Shown piece by piece: positions 13,064-25,141 of a stretch of DNA of 64,000 bases; the first letter of the stretch is position 1; the number at the start of each line of letters is the position of its first letter. Source of the DNA: Callorhinchus milii (lineage: Eukaryota); the NCBI RefSeq assembly GCF_018977255.1, contig NW_024704742.1, forward strand, positions 17,548,001 through 17,612,000, in the 5' to 3' direction. Made by a program: the position numbers and the translations under genes. A model generated the notes under the pieces. It searched no databases, was not told where the DNA came from, and was given only the letters and a program-made list of their open reading frames with translations.

Positions 13064-15227
13064 TACACAGTCATTTTTGCATTATTTCTTGAACGATTTT
13101 GTAATTGTGGATTTCTGACTCAATAGAATCCTCACTACGAAAATGTATTAAGTCTGAGCAGGGATCCTGCAGGTCTGGGTCATGGACTTCTGGATTTCTT
13201 AATTCAGAAATATTGCACAATCAATTCCATTGTATGTATATTAATCAAACTGCTGAATGGTACATAAAGTAGTTACAGTTGCTCGGGTCTGAGATGCTGT
13301 ACACTGTCCAGCGCCTTGGGACATCCTCCCGACGTGAAAGGCGCTATACAAATGTAATCTTGTTGTTGTTAGAATGCGGTGGTTTGGGGCCATAAAATCA
13401 GTTATAACAGCTCGCTAATAAAAATGGCCACGTCTGGCATCACTTCCTGTGCACGTGAACGTCCTGCACACTCCATGAAGGTATGCAGAAAACCCGGCAA
13501 TCAGTGTGAGAAGCCAGAAGGGAACTGTCCTGTACCCCCACTATAGACAGAGCTGTGCCAAAGTGAGGTGCTTTAGAACAGGGTTCGGCTGCATTCATCT
13601 GTAGTTTAAATGTATTTAAATCACTGTTTAATATACTGTACTGAGAAGGGTTTGACCCAGATGTTACTTTGAGGTCCCTGGAATACTGGAGTTACTTACT
13701 TTACGGTTGGCCATTCCTTTATATTCTCTTATCCTGAGGGCATTGGTTCGTGCACAAAATGTAATTTATGTTGCAAGGCGCTTTCTGTGGCTGCTTGGCG
13801 CCAGTCATGTTCCCACTTTATCAGAGAAGTGTTTTTTTCAACCTCAGTGACTGTGTTTCCACATGTGGCAAACTAAGGTTGTGTACATGCAAAACCCACG
13901 TGTTTGTTGCATCCTGAGGAAGATAACATATATATTTCGAAGTTATTTCAAAGATTATCTTTTATTTCATTTATATGTGTGTCGTGTTTCGTGTTTTTGG
14001 GTGTAAAGATTATCCTTCGTTCCATTTATGTTTGTGTGTTTGAATGTTTGATCCAGAAGAGCTTTATTCTCCTATATTCTTTGCAGATAAAACTACGAGC
14101 TCCCTGTCAAAAAAATATGACTTACAGCCACACTCCTGTAAGTTTGATTGTCAGGCTCCTGCCTCGGGATGTCATTTCAACCATAAAATGGATTACTAAC
14201 CTTTAGAAAATTTTATAAGTATCACATCATAGAGAAGGTTTCTGGTGCACAACCAGAGTTGAATCCTGATTAAGACACAAAACATATGACAATAAATGCC
14301 AGGTCGGAGCAGGATTATGCCTGGTTCAGGAATTGTGCAGCATAGTGTGTGGTGAAAGAGGATGGGAATACTAGGATGCAGGTAATTTAAAAAAAAAGTG
14401 TTTAGATATCTAAAGGTCAATGAAAGGCTCATTTTGTTGGTTAGGATATTACCACTATGACTTGGCTCTGCAAAATCAAGGTTACATAGAGTTACTTTCA
14501 GTGATATGACGCAGAAACAGGCCATTCATCCTAGCTAGTTTGTGCTAATGTTCATACGCCACACGAGGTTCTCCTCCTAATGTTCCCCCAACCCTCATGT
14601 CTGCACATCTTGACTTTATCTTGTCATACCACAATAATACCAAGACAAGGTATTTCACTATATTTTCTTGTGATTTCTAAGCCACGAGTTTTATAGCATT
14701 TGCCCCAGTGTCTTCAGGTCCTGGAGTGAAACTTACATGTACTGAAATTATAATTATCATCTTTGAACCTCTCCATCACATAAGTGTGTTAGATTTTTTT
14801 TGAAGTGTTCATATGTGGACACCTTTCGTTTCAGTCAATCACTCACGTTACCCCAAATTGCTGGAATAAAGGGAGTCGACTGGGAGAGCGAGACCAGACG
14901 ACAATCAAACCTATTTCACTGCTTGCCAGTCTGTGAATGTTAAGTTGTAACCTAGGAACTTAATTTTTTACTGCCTTTAATAAATTATGAACTGTGATGA
15001 AATACTGGGCTCATTTAATTAAAATAAATTAAAACTATCATGTAAACCATATTAGTCTATATTAAATATATGAGTCTGCAGTTCCTGATGCATAATCCTG
15101 ACCAATAACTTATAGATGTGAATTGCATCTTAAAAAGATGTTTCACTGAAGCATTCATTTGGGTCAGATGTTGGTTTAAGAATTTTAGAATATGGGCAAT
15201 ACTGTTGCTAACACTCCAGTCCAGTCC

Positions 15228-15602
15228 GGACGAAGCTTTGAAACGTCTCAAAGTGATTCACAGGATTTACTGCAGAGTGTATTGATTGTGCATGTGTTGG
15301 TGAATGCACAACTAACTTATGCACTGCAGTGTCCCACTAACAGCCATGATGTGAAAAAGCAATTTTAGTTGGTGATTGTTGTCCAGGGCACCAGAAGAAA
15401 CTTCCTTCTCGTTGCAAGTAGTGCTGTGGGATCTTTAACATTCATCTGAATAGGTAGACGGGACCTCTGACAATTCAGCGCTCCCACAACTCTGCATTGG
15501 AGACTCACAGCCTAGATTGTGAGTTCAAAGTCCTAATGTGGACTTGAACCCACGATTTTCTGACTCAAAGTTGAGAGTGCTACCAACTGAGCCAGGCTGA
15601 CA
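15228..15602 (-). mobile_element. SINE family B, near full length
   Basis: Ends in gagagtgctaccaactgagccaggctgac, the reverse complement of the tRNA-like head. Confidence 0.8.
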
Positions 15603-17473
15603 GCTTAAATCAAAACTCATTCATTTTTTTCCTATTCTAATTCTTTCTCAGGGTTTTCTTGACTCCTCAAGTCATCCCTTCCACTTAAATTTTACAAACT
15701 TTTAAAACCCAAGTTTGGTTTCACGTAACCCCTGCTTCATTTTTCTCATTCTTATCTTGATGGTGTTCTGCATCAAGTACTCTTACAATCATTCATCATT
15801 CATTTTTCAAGACATTTTAAAAAGATTTGAGTTTTGCTTATAGCATTAAAAGAAAATCAAACGTACTGTATAAGGCTTTGAGACACACTGCTCAACTCAG
15901 ACATATATTAGCATGTGTTTTGGTGTCAGGACTTTGATTTCCGATTCTTTTGATCTTTTAACTGCAAAGTTCTTGAATGAATTGTACGTAAAACAAGCAA
16001 CGCACAGCAAACAATTTCATTGTTGTAACTTGCAAAGTTGGGAAAGTAGCATTGGGAACAGATTGGAGAATAATAAGAAATAATAGTGTCTCTTGCATTT
16101 GTTGCATCGTCGAAACATCTCAAAGCACTTCATACAATTTAATATTCCTTTTTTAAATCTCTACATTTGATACAGCGCCTATAACATCAGGAGAACGTCT
16201 CAAGGAACTTTGCAGATATACTGTAAAGTGTACTGTAAAGTGTATTTTGTGGGCGATTTACACTAGAGTGTGCTGATTGTAGATTAGTAAGCTTAGCCTT
16301 CAACTGCAAATAAACCCCTGAAGACACATGGGGAAAAATACACAAACATTACGGAAACAAAATGGGAACAAAAAAAGTTGCATGAAGAAAACAGCAAAAT
16401 ATAACCAAATAGGGTTTAAGAGAGAAACAATAAAAGTTGAATCACTAAACAGTCAGTATTCAAACCTCTAATCTTTCTCACCATGCTCCAAATCTATCCC
16501 GATAATCAAAAAACAAATGTCAGTGCAATTATCTAGCAGCGTGTAATGAAACCTATTTAATTCCAAGTGTAAGAGAAGCTCTTATAGTATAAAATTCCAC
16601 TTGTGTCTAGATTTATTCTATTTTCTTCATAATTCAGAGTGTGCAGAAAGTGGCCAATTGTTGAATTTGTCCTTAAATTTTAAGTCGGTTTTCCGTAGTT
16701 CTTAAAAGAGGCATGCAGAAAAGCGGCTTCAAAATCCAGATTGTATTTAAGAATTTGTTAAATTCTGGGCACTCTGAAACTCTAATAAAATAAATCTAGA
16801 CCCAGGTTTAATTTCTTCACCCCTTTGAATTTGCCTGAAAATTCTAGCGTTTGTGGGCATGGCCTCTTTAAACATAGCTGAGGGTAAGTGCCCAGGAAAT
16901 AGAATGTAGAAATGCAAAATCTTTTTAGCCCTTTTCTCTCAGCAGCCGTCAGGTACTTTATTTTTCATCAAAGTGTTGATTATAAGTCAGTGAATAGCTT
17001 GCACATCCTGTGGCTTTTATTTCATTTTGTTTTCATTGCCCATTCTCTATCGCAGCTGGAGAGTTTTCAGAGAGTTTATAATCGTGCCTTCAGCTCCTTC
17101 TGTTTGTCTGGTAATTCACATAGACATTTAACAACCACGTTTCCATTTGCTTCTTGTCTAAGTGGCAATGGTTTCTACATCCAATGCAATTTATTAGGCG
17201 AACACAAAGTCCGTCATCAGACAATGGAAGTCACAGAGTGGAGGCCTAGGTGGAGTAATTGGGATGAGAGGTAACAATAATACTGGCAATCTGAGGTGAT
17301 GCTCCTGGACTCTATAAATTACTTCATTGGATGCTTTGAGAGAAAAAAATAGCTCCATTACACAGAAGTCAGCTTGTGGGATAGCAAGCAAACCTTTGTG
17401 TTACATGATTCAAAAGGAATGAAAGCAATTACGAGAGAAAATGTTTGTTCAAGTGGGCACAGGGCATGGCAAT

Positions 17474-17529
17474 GATAGATAGATAGACAGATAGACCGAC
17501 TGATTGACTAATCGGGAGGGAGGGAGGGA
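17474..17529. repeat. (GATA/GACA)n-(GGGA)n compound microsatellite
   Basis: gatagatagatagacagatagacc…gggagggagggaggga. Confidence 0.8.
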
Positions 17530-20409
17530 TCTGGTTGGGGAATGAAAAATACCTGTCAAATGTAGTAATTGCTTTGGAGGTACACATGGCAGCTCTTTTG
17601 CCCACAGCCCATTGACAGCCTGCAAATATAGTCACTATACTTGACAGGATTACTTGTGAATTGGTTTTAGAAGTAAAGAGACTTTCTAAAAATGAAAGCT
17701 TATCTTTATAATAATAGTAATAATAATCCTTGCATTTTATATAGCACCTTCTCACTTTGTCAGGACGTCTCTGTCTGTATATCTGTTTGTCTGTCTGTCT
17801 GTCATTGCGACTATATATGTCTAGGTTATACTGTAAATTAGAATGACTGTATTTTGTGGGCAAAACATATTATTTAAGTATCTGCAGACGTAATCTGTTA
17901 ACAGCAGAATAAACCATCGTTTGTAACACTGGAACTATCTAAAGTACAGAGTACTGGGGTGTCAATGGAAAGTAAATCATATTCTTTCAGTGAACTTTAT
18001 TGTGCTGAAAATTTGAGTAGTTCCACGACAAGACCTATTCGAACCAGTCGCTAGAAGAATATTTTACCACATCCTTCTTGCACAACTATCTCAAATCCCA
18101 CTGCTCTGATCAGGATTCAGCCCCCAACAAGAACAGCTGCACTTTGACAGAAGGCTACTTTAGAGATAGCTATGCGAGAAGGATGTTGGGTATCAACTGA
18201 GAGATGAGTGCCAAGTAATAAGGGAGCCTAGGTAATCTTACAATATATCATCGGAAGAATGGACAATGGGCAGGATGGTCTGTGACTTGTGGTTAAAACT
18301 CAGTTCTTTCAGGAGGCAATTGGATGAGTGATAATGGAGTATGGACCTTGTGGGAATTCAAAGCTGAGATGGTGGGAGTGTTTTCAAGAAGACCTGAATT
18401 GAAGAGAGACATTGGGCAGGGAGCTTCGCAGTTTGGCAGAGGGCAGCTTGTGATGTGAAGTTTTGTGCTATCTGTGGCCAGCTTGGGTCAAATAAACTGA
18501 CAACACAGAAAAAATTTACTTCAATTTTTCCATCATGCTGCATAACTTGAATAAAAACAAGATCGGCTCTAGAGTAAGTATCATTGAGAAGGGAGGCACT
18601 GCATTATACAATCTGAGACACTGTATTATACATGCTTCTAGCTCATTCCCAAGAGTGTTCCATGTAAATTGTTGATTTTTTTTCTGATGACTTTGGGGCA
18701 GAATTAATTTGTGGAGCTGACTTACAGCAGAGCAACTCCAGGGCAAGCATTGTTGGAGAAAAAAATTACTGTCCCAGTTAAATTCAGTTTGATTTATCTC
18801 AAATGCTACGGAAACTATATGAGTGACAGAGAAAGAGAGTGATTCACGGTTGTTGAATTGTTGCTTTCTTCAGGCACAGTAGTGCTTGGTGATACAACAG
18901 TAGGACTTTATTATATAACATGGCGATTTGGGTCCATAAAACCTAAGCTCCATTATAATGGAGTGTGCTGTAGTGTGGCTATAGATCAACACTTCTGAGT
19001 CTGTAGGTTGCAACTACATCGCTGTTGACATCACTGAACTGTGCTCTGTGCAAGTGTTTCCAGCAGTTCCAGGGATGTTGGTTGTACTTCTCCACTTGTG
19101 TGCTATTTGCTAGGTGTGTTCCGGTGTACCGTGTGTCCACTGTGCACTTTCGGTATATGGGAATCCACAAAGCAGAGGAAAGCAATATCAGTGGAGAAAA
19201 TGAAGCGCTTTGTATTCCAGGTCACACTGACCAGATCACCTTGAATTGATGATGTTTGGCCCATTCATTAGCAGGTGAAGTGCAATGACTCGCACCACAC
19301 TTGGATCCTGAACCTACGACCGTCTGGTTGGAAGGCCAGCATTGCACTTGCTCCTTGACCCGCCTGCTCTGCTAGCCAGCCTCTTCAGAGGCTTGTGCGT
19401 ATTCCTGGAAATCTGCTCCAAGAGATTACCTTCTTGTGAACATTTCAAAGTGACTTGATTCCAAGAATTCATTGCCCCTTCCCTCAGTTTCGCTTACGTT
19501 TTAAGGCTGGCAGTTGTTGCAGAATGATTTGCTTGCACTGTGGCTGGAAACTGAAGTGTTCTTCCCAGAGCAATCTGTGCTGAAGATATTGAACTGTCAC
19601 TGTGGAGATTAATTTGGTCCTGGATTCTCACTCGTCATTAAAGTACATCTTTTAACAAACCGCGTTTATTCCTGAAATTGACCAGCTGTGCGAAAACCTG
19701 AATATTGGAATAGTAAGGCGGACAAGGAACATCAGACTCTCTCTAGCCCTTCTATCCTGTGTCAGGAGCATTGTATTTCTTAATTAATTAAGGAATGGCC
19801 CCTTCCATTTCCTTCGGATTCAAAGAAAACCTGCTCTGAAAAGAGATAGAGTTAGAATGGCATTCAACAGATTTCCAGATTCTGAAATTTCATAAAATCT
19901 CTACCCGGTTTACACTAATCATCGGGACATTCATTGGGATGCAATGTCCTGAATCTGAGCCCCATGAACCACTGTCAATTAGTATCTGTTGTGAAAGCGT
20001 ATGCCATCTAATCTCAGGTGGGTCTTAAAGAGGCCACAACACTATTCAGAAGAGAAGGGAATGTCTACAAGAACCTAGATTTATTGTCTTATGGTTGTTG
20101 GTGGGACTTTGCTATCCACAAAAAGTCGCACCACATTGTCCAGTCATAATTACTGTAAAGTCCTTTGAATGCTTTCAGCTTGAAAAGGCGCTGTAAAAAT
20201 GCAACCTCCAGTTTTGTTTTTCACAAAATTGTGAGTGGGGGGGAGGGGGTTATGCAACAATCCAATGGTAGTCCAATGACATCATCAAGACAGAAATATG
20301 CACGTGATTTTGATTTTCTTGTTTCAATAAATATTTAAACTGGAAACTTTGGACGGGGGACAGTGATTCCCCGTTTCACAATAAATTAAGCTAATTTCCT
20401 TCAATATAT

Positions 20410-20812
20410 GGAGTCTCGTAATGTAGTCGTTAATACACTTGCCTTGCAAGCAAGAGGACCCGGGTTCAATTTCCGGGCAGGGTGAAACCTTCAGCAAAAT
20501 TCCTTCCTCCACATGCTCTGTTTACTTAGCAGTAAGTTGGAACCTGGTTGATAGTTGATTGGCGAATCGCTTTCTGGGGATAATAATCCCTCCAGAAAAA
20601 AAGTTTATTTTTCACTCAATCCATGACTGTTTGTGGGCCAATACTGTGCACAATTAACTGCCGCATTTCGCCCATGAAATATGAATTCCATCCACTTTAC
20701 AATAAATGCTGTGAAACGCTTTGAGACGACTTACAATATATATTCTGTGAAGTTCTTTGAGAAGTCTCAATGACGTGACAAGGCGCTATATCAAATGCAA
20801 GGTTATTATTAA
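20410..20812 (+). mobile_element. SINE family A, long form with a duplicated tail segment
   Basis: Head ggagtctcgtaatgtagtcg…gggttcaatttcc; the ttacaata…ctgtgaa…ctttgaga segment occurs twice. Confidence 0.88.
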
Positions 20813-20961
20813 TATTAAATCACTTTTATAATGTGACTTAGAATGAGATTTCTCAAGCAGCGTTTCCCTGATAACCAACAGATACAATCACATTGTCCGA
20901 ATAGGGCATTTGGAGCAGGCTTCTCCAGAAAATGAGCCTGCTTATTACTATTAATATAATA

Positions 20962-21420
20962 TAGTAATAATCCTCACATTTGATATAGTAACTTTCACAT
21001 CAGAAGAACGTCTGAAAGTGCTTAATAGGATATACTATACTGTAAAGTGTAGTGGCTGTGTATTTTTAGGCAGATAATTTAACCCAGTAGTGTCCCACAA
21101 ACAGCCATGAAGTGAATGACTAGTTTACCAAGAAACTGGAAGAAATTCCCTTCTTTTTTCGAGTAGTGCCCATATCGCTTTGTGAAGCCCCATGAGACAT
21201 CCCCCTGGCAAAAAAAGTACTATGTACCTCAGTTTAATACGATACAAATTACACTTGTATAGCGCCTTTCAAGTTGGGATAGTCAGGGATTTGGAAAAGG
21301 ATGGCACCTGCAACAATGCATTGGGGTGTCAGCCTAGACCAAGTGATTTCAAAGCCCCAAAGTGGGGCTTGAACCACAACCTTCCAGATCACAGGCAAGA
21401 ATGCTGCCAACTGAGCCAGG
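20962..21420 (-). mobile_element. SINE family B, diverged and interrupted
   Basis: Tail at ~20965, gtcccacaaacagccatgaa, head ggcttgaaccacaaccttc…aactgagccagg. Confidence 0.7.
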
Positions 21421-21874
21421 GTGAAAACCTAATTCCTGACCCTGGGAACAATGGAGTTGACTATGCAGAATTTTCAAACAGCCATAAAGCAAATAACCAA
21501 TGTTATCTGGAGGGACTTACAAGTGCAGCGTTTCAGTGCACAATCTGCATTATTCAGCAAAGTCCTCAGTTCTGTTTAAATTGTTCTTCCATGCATTGGC
21601 ACAATTCTTCTGCTCTCAGAGGTATGACATGATAAAAATACAACTCCTTTCCGGAGATCAACACAATTGTATGTCTGGACAATGCTTCCACCCCTCTGAG
21701 GGATCTTTTGCCTGCAGACTCCAGATGGCGTGTAGTGCGCTTAGGCTGTGTTACAGAGGAGATAGGTCATGTAGGATTTGCAACACGGGACTAATGAATA
21801 CCAAGTATATTCTGGAGTGGAGGAAGACCTGGAAAAAGGATTTGAATTCACTGGACATTGAGCTTAAACTCAGT

Positions 21875-22244
21875 AGACTCCTGTAGCTCAGTGGTTAGAG
21901 CGCTCGCCTCGCAAGAGAGAGACCTGGGTTTGATTCCCGGTAGGGCGAAATGTTGGGCACCCTTCCTTAAACAGAATCCACACGCCTCTGTCTACCTAGC
22001 AGTAAGTAGCAAACTGGTTGTTAGTCAATTGGTGGATCGCTTTTGCAGGGATAAATAATCCTTCAAAAAAAAATAATTTGGTCACTCAATCCACGACTGT
22101 TTGTGGGACACTGCTGTGCGCAATTGGCTGCCGCATTTCGCCCACAAATATAGTCAATTCACTTTACAGTATATTCTGTGAAGTGCTTTGAGACGTCTAG
22201 AAGACGTAAAAAACATTATATCAAGTGCAAGGTTTATTATTATT
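21875..22244 (+). mobile_element. SINE family A, long form
   Basis: ctcctgtagctcagtggttagagcgctcgcctcgcaagagag: anticodon arm with a CGC (Ala) loop; full body and tail. Confidence 0.92.
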
Positions 22245-22584
22245 GAATGCTTTGTGGATTCTGTTTACAGAACCACCGTCTTTTTTGGAAGCTAAAATGC
22301 TGCATTGGGTCTGATTGGTGTGATTTGTAACCTGGAAGAGTTGTTCTAATCGAGACTCGTGGCTTGTGAATATGAAAAGGTGTTTTTTTTGCCAGATATC
22401 CAAAAACACAAGTGGCGATTGCCAAAAGACAGCAAAGTCTGAATAAAGGTCAATTTGTTTTCTGGCCTTTTCTTAGACTTGACTTTACTGGATTTTGGGG
22501 TTGGCAATTATCCTTTTTACAAAGATCGGAAATCAAACAATTTATAACATTGCCAACTGCAAACTGTAATTTGCACATTTAACC

Positions 22585-23050
22585 CATTCTGGTCACCGCA
22601 ACATAAGGAGGCTGCCCAGACCTTAGAGGCAGTGCAGAGGAGAGCAAGAAAGATCATAAACAGTGTTAGAGGCATGAGCTATGAGCAACGACGAGACAAG
22701 CTGGGGCTCTTCATTTTTGAAAGAATACGACTCAGATGGGAGCTCGTTGGGATGTATAACATTTTAAATAGGATTCAAAAAGGAAAGCGAAAAGTAAAAG
22801 TACAACTTTAAGGTTCATCAAAACACTAGAACAAGAGGAGATTGGTTTAGAGTTGCAAAGGACAATTTCAGGACAGCTCCTAAAAAATGTTTCTTTACGC
22901 AGAGGGTATCAGTGACTGGAAATGGCTGCCAAGAAAGGTGGTAGAGGCCAGGACACTTAAAAAGCAACATGATGCAGTAATGGGAGGATGGTACAGTGGC
23001 GTCTGGAGGGAAGGGACTAAATGGGCTGAAGGGTCGTCCAATCTTGTGAT
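22585..23050 (+). mobile_element. Old CR1 LINE 3' fragment
   Basis: Translates to FWSP…LEAVQRRARKII…MSYEQRRDKLGLF and FFTQRV (CR1 ORF2 C-terminus), degraded. Confidence 0.8.
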
Positions 23051-24792
23051 CTAGGAAAATAACTTAAAACACTTTGCAGAGTCTGAGTGGGAGCCCATGC
23101 TGGGCAGGAGGTGACCAAAGATTAAATGAAAAAGATAGATTTTTAAGACAGCTTTTGAAAGCAGGGAGGGAAAGAGGGAGTTGGAGGGATTTAGAGAGAG
23201 AGTTTCGGAGAGTTGGCACAAAGTGGCAGAAAGCTCACCCATCTTCTCCCAGACCTGTGTCATTGTGGTTGGATAACTAGAAGCTGCTCTGAAGCACGTC
23301 TTTGTACTGCAATTTAGTTTGCTCTTCAGGCAGTAAGATGAACAATGAAAGAATAATAAGCTTCGCCAATTTGTTCTCAAGCGTTTATAAATAGCTCCAG
23401 TGATATTTATAGCTCTTAGCTCAAATCAACACAACCAAAACAACTTGCATATGTACATATAGCGCCATTCATGTAACACAAACTCTCAAAACACTTGCTT
23501 TAACAAATAGTTCACAGAAAGTGTGGGGCAGGATAACCCTGCAAACTGTGGTTTTCTCTCCTGCTGCAAATGTCAGCAAGTTGGCACCAGCTGTTTCTAC
23601 CAGCTTCCTGCAACTTTCCCAGATTTGTAGCCCAGTCAAGCTCTTTCCTCCTGCCTCTAATTAACAATGGGAGTAAATAATCCCTTTGCATTTAGACTTG
23701 ACCACATAGCGAGCAACTGGAAATTTGTAAAACAAAAGCAGAATAGCAGCTCAAGTGTAAATGGAGGTGCTAATTAATGGCTTGACAGTAACTTTTTATC
23801 AGGCTCTGACAGCTGTTGCCTGACTTTGTGCCAAGCCCTTTGGTTCAGAGATTTCCTCAATGCTGCTTCTCTCTTATTCAGATTACCAGTAGTTCAGGTA
23901 GACTATCTCTCAAGGCAACTGAAATTATAACTTGAAAAGGATTGCACAAGCAACAACAACTTGCATTTATATAGCGCCCTTCATGTAGGGTAGGCTCCTG
24001 CAGTGCTTACAAGCAATCTGGTTCTCATTTTATTTACCGTGGGTTTAGGTACAACACAACCATCACAAGTGCAGATATAGAACCATAGAACTTCAGAACA
24101 TAGAAGAAAGCCATTCGGCCCATCGTGTCCTTGTTGGCTCTTTCAGGGAACAATTCATTTAGCTGTATTTACCTGCCTTTTCAGATTTCTATTTTCCTCT
24201 TGAAAGCTATTATGGATCCTGCCTCAATTACCACTCCCGACAGGGCATTCCTCATCCTAACATCCCAACAAAATGGTAACGGTCAGAAAACCTGATCACT
24301 ACGGGACGGACGTGTACTTGTAAAAGGCAGTCAAAATATTAATTACATTTAGTGTAGCGCCTTTCTTGTTGGGAGGACATGTAAAACCACTTCACAAGAT
24401 TTACTATAAAGTATAGTGATTATGTATTTTGAACAAAAGGCAAAATACTGCAGATGCTGAAAATCTGAAACAAAACAGAAGTCGCCGGGAACACTCAGCA
24501 GGTCAGGTAGCATCTATGGAGAGAGGACAGTTTCAGGTCATTGACCTTTTATCAGAACTCTTCAATTAATGTTTCATTTCGTGTATTTTGAACATCCTGG
24601 CAGAGGTTCACGTTGGTCTCCCCTGACTTGCCAGATAGCACAATTTATTAGTTTTCAAACGTTTTGCCATTTGTTCTTTGTGTTTGAATATCTGATTCTG
24701 GCAATGACTTGAGTTGCAGCAGAAAACTTTCAGATTCTCGACCACTATAATGCCACTGTTAACCGTTTTATTCTCTCCCTTTGTCTTTCCAG

Positions 24793-24892
24793 GTCCTCGG
24801 ATTATGGAACCACTTATGTCAAACTGAACCTACAACCAGGCATCCCTAACATCATCACCAACTTCTACATCTGTCCTGCAAATAAGAAAAAG
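24793..24892 (+). CDS. SORCS2: Internal coding exon (exon 3 equivalent) of a VPS10 domain-containing receptor SorCS2
   Basis: Pyrimidine tract and acceptor (ctccctttgtctttccag|G) and donor (AAG|gtatgg). The exon is 100 nt, phase 2 to phase 0, and open: (R)SSDYGTTYVKLNLQPGIPNIITNFYICPANKKK. It contains an Asp-box/BNR motif (SxDxGxTY). From memory it resembles SorCS2 (RSSDFGTSYTKLTLQPGVTTVIDNFYICPTNKRK) more than SorCS1/3 (…EKLNDKVGLKT…). Confidence 0.93.
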
Positions 24893-25033
24893 GTATGGGG
24901 GAAAACTAGGGTGTTGAAAGGCCTTCAGACATTCTGTGGATCATTTTTCCTGAAGATTTAACTCTTTGGTCTCTGTGTAATTGGGAAGAAACTACATTTG
25001 TATTCATGAGGCATTTTAGAATGTCCACTATTT

Positions 25034-25141
25034 AGCAAACTGTTGAATTCAGTCTTATCTTTGAAGCAATTTTTTTGTAATTTCTTAAGAACTTACAGCA
25101 AACCAGCTTCAAAATTAATGCTGAATTTGAGAATTTGTCCA
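25034..25141. mobile_element. Short palindromic MITE-like element; related copy at ~16652-16760
   Basis: gaattcag/ctgaattt, tttgaagc/gcttcaaa and tgtaa/ttaca around a central cttaag. Confidence 0.6.

Noticed and set aside
21875..21950. Possible tRNA-Ala gene (also at 12736, 54830 and 60407)
   Set aside because: No acceptor-stem closure, and it continues directly into the SINE body; these are SINE heads.
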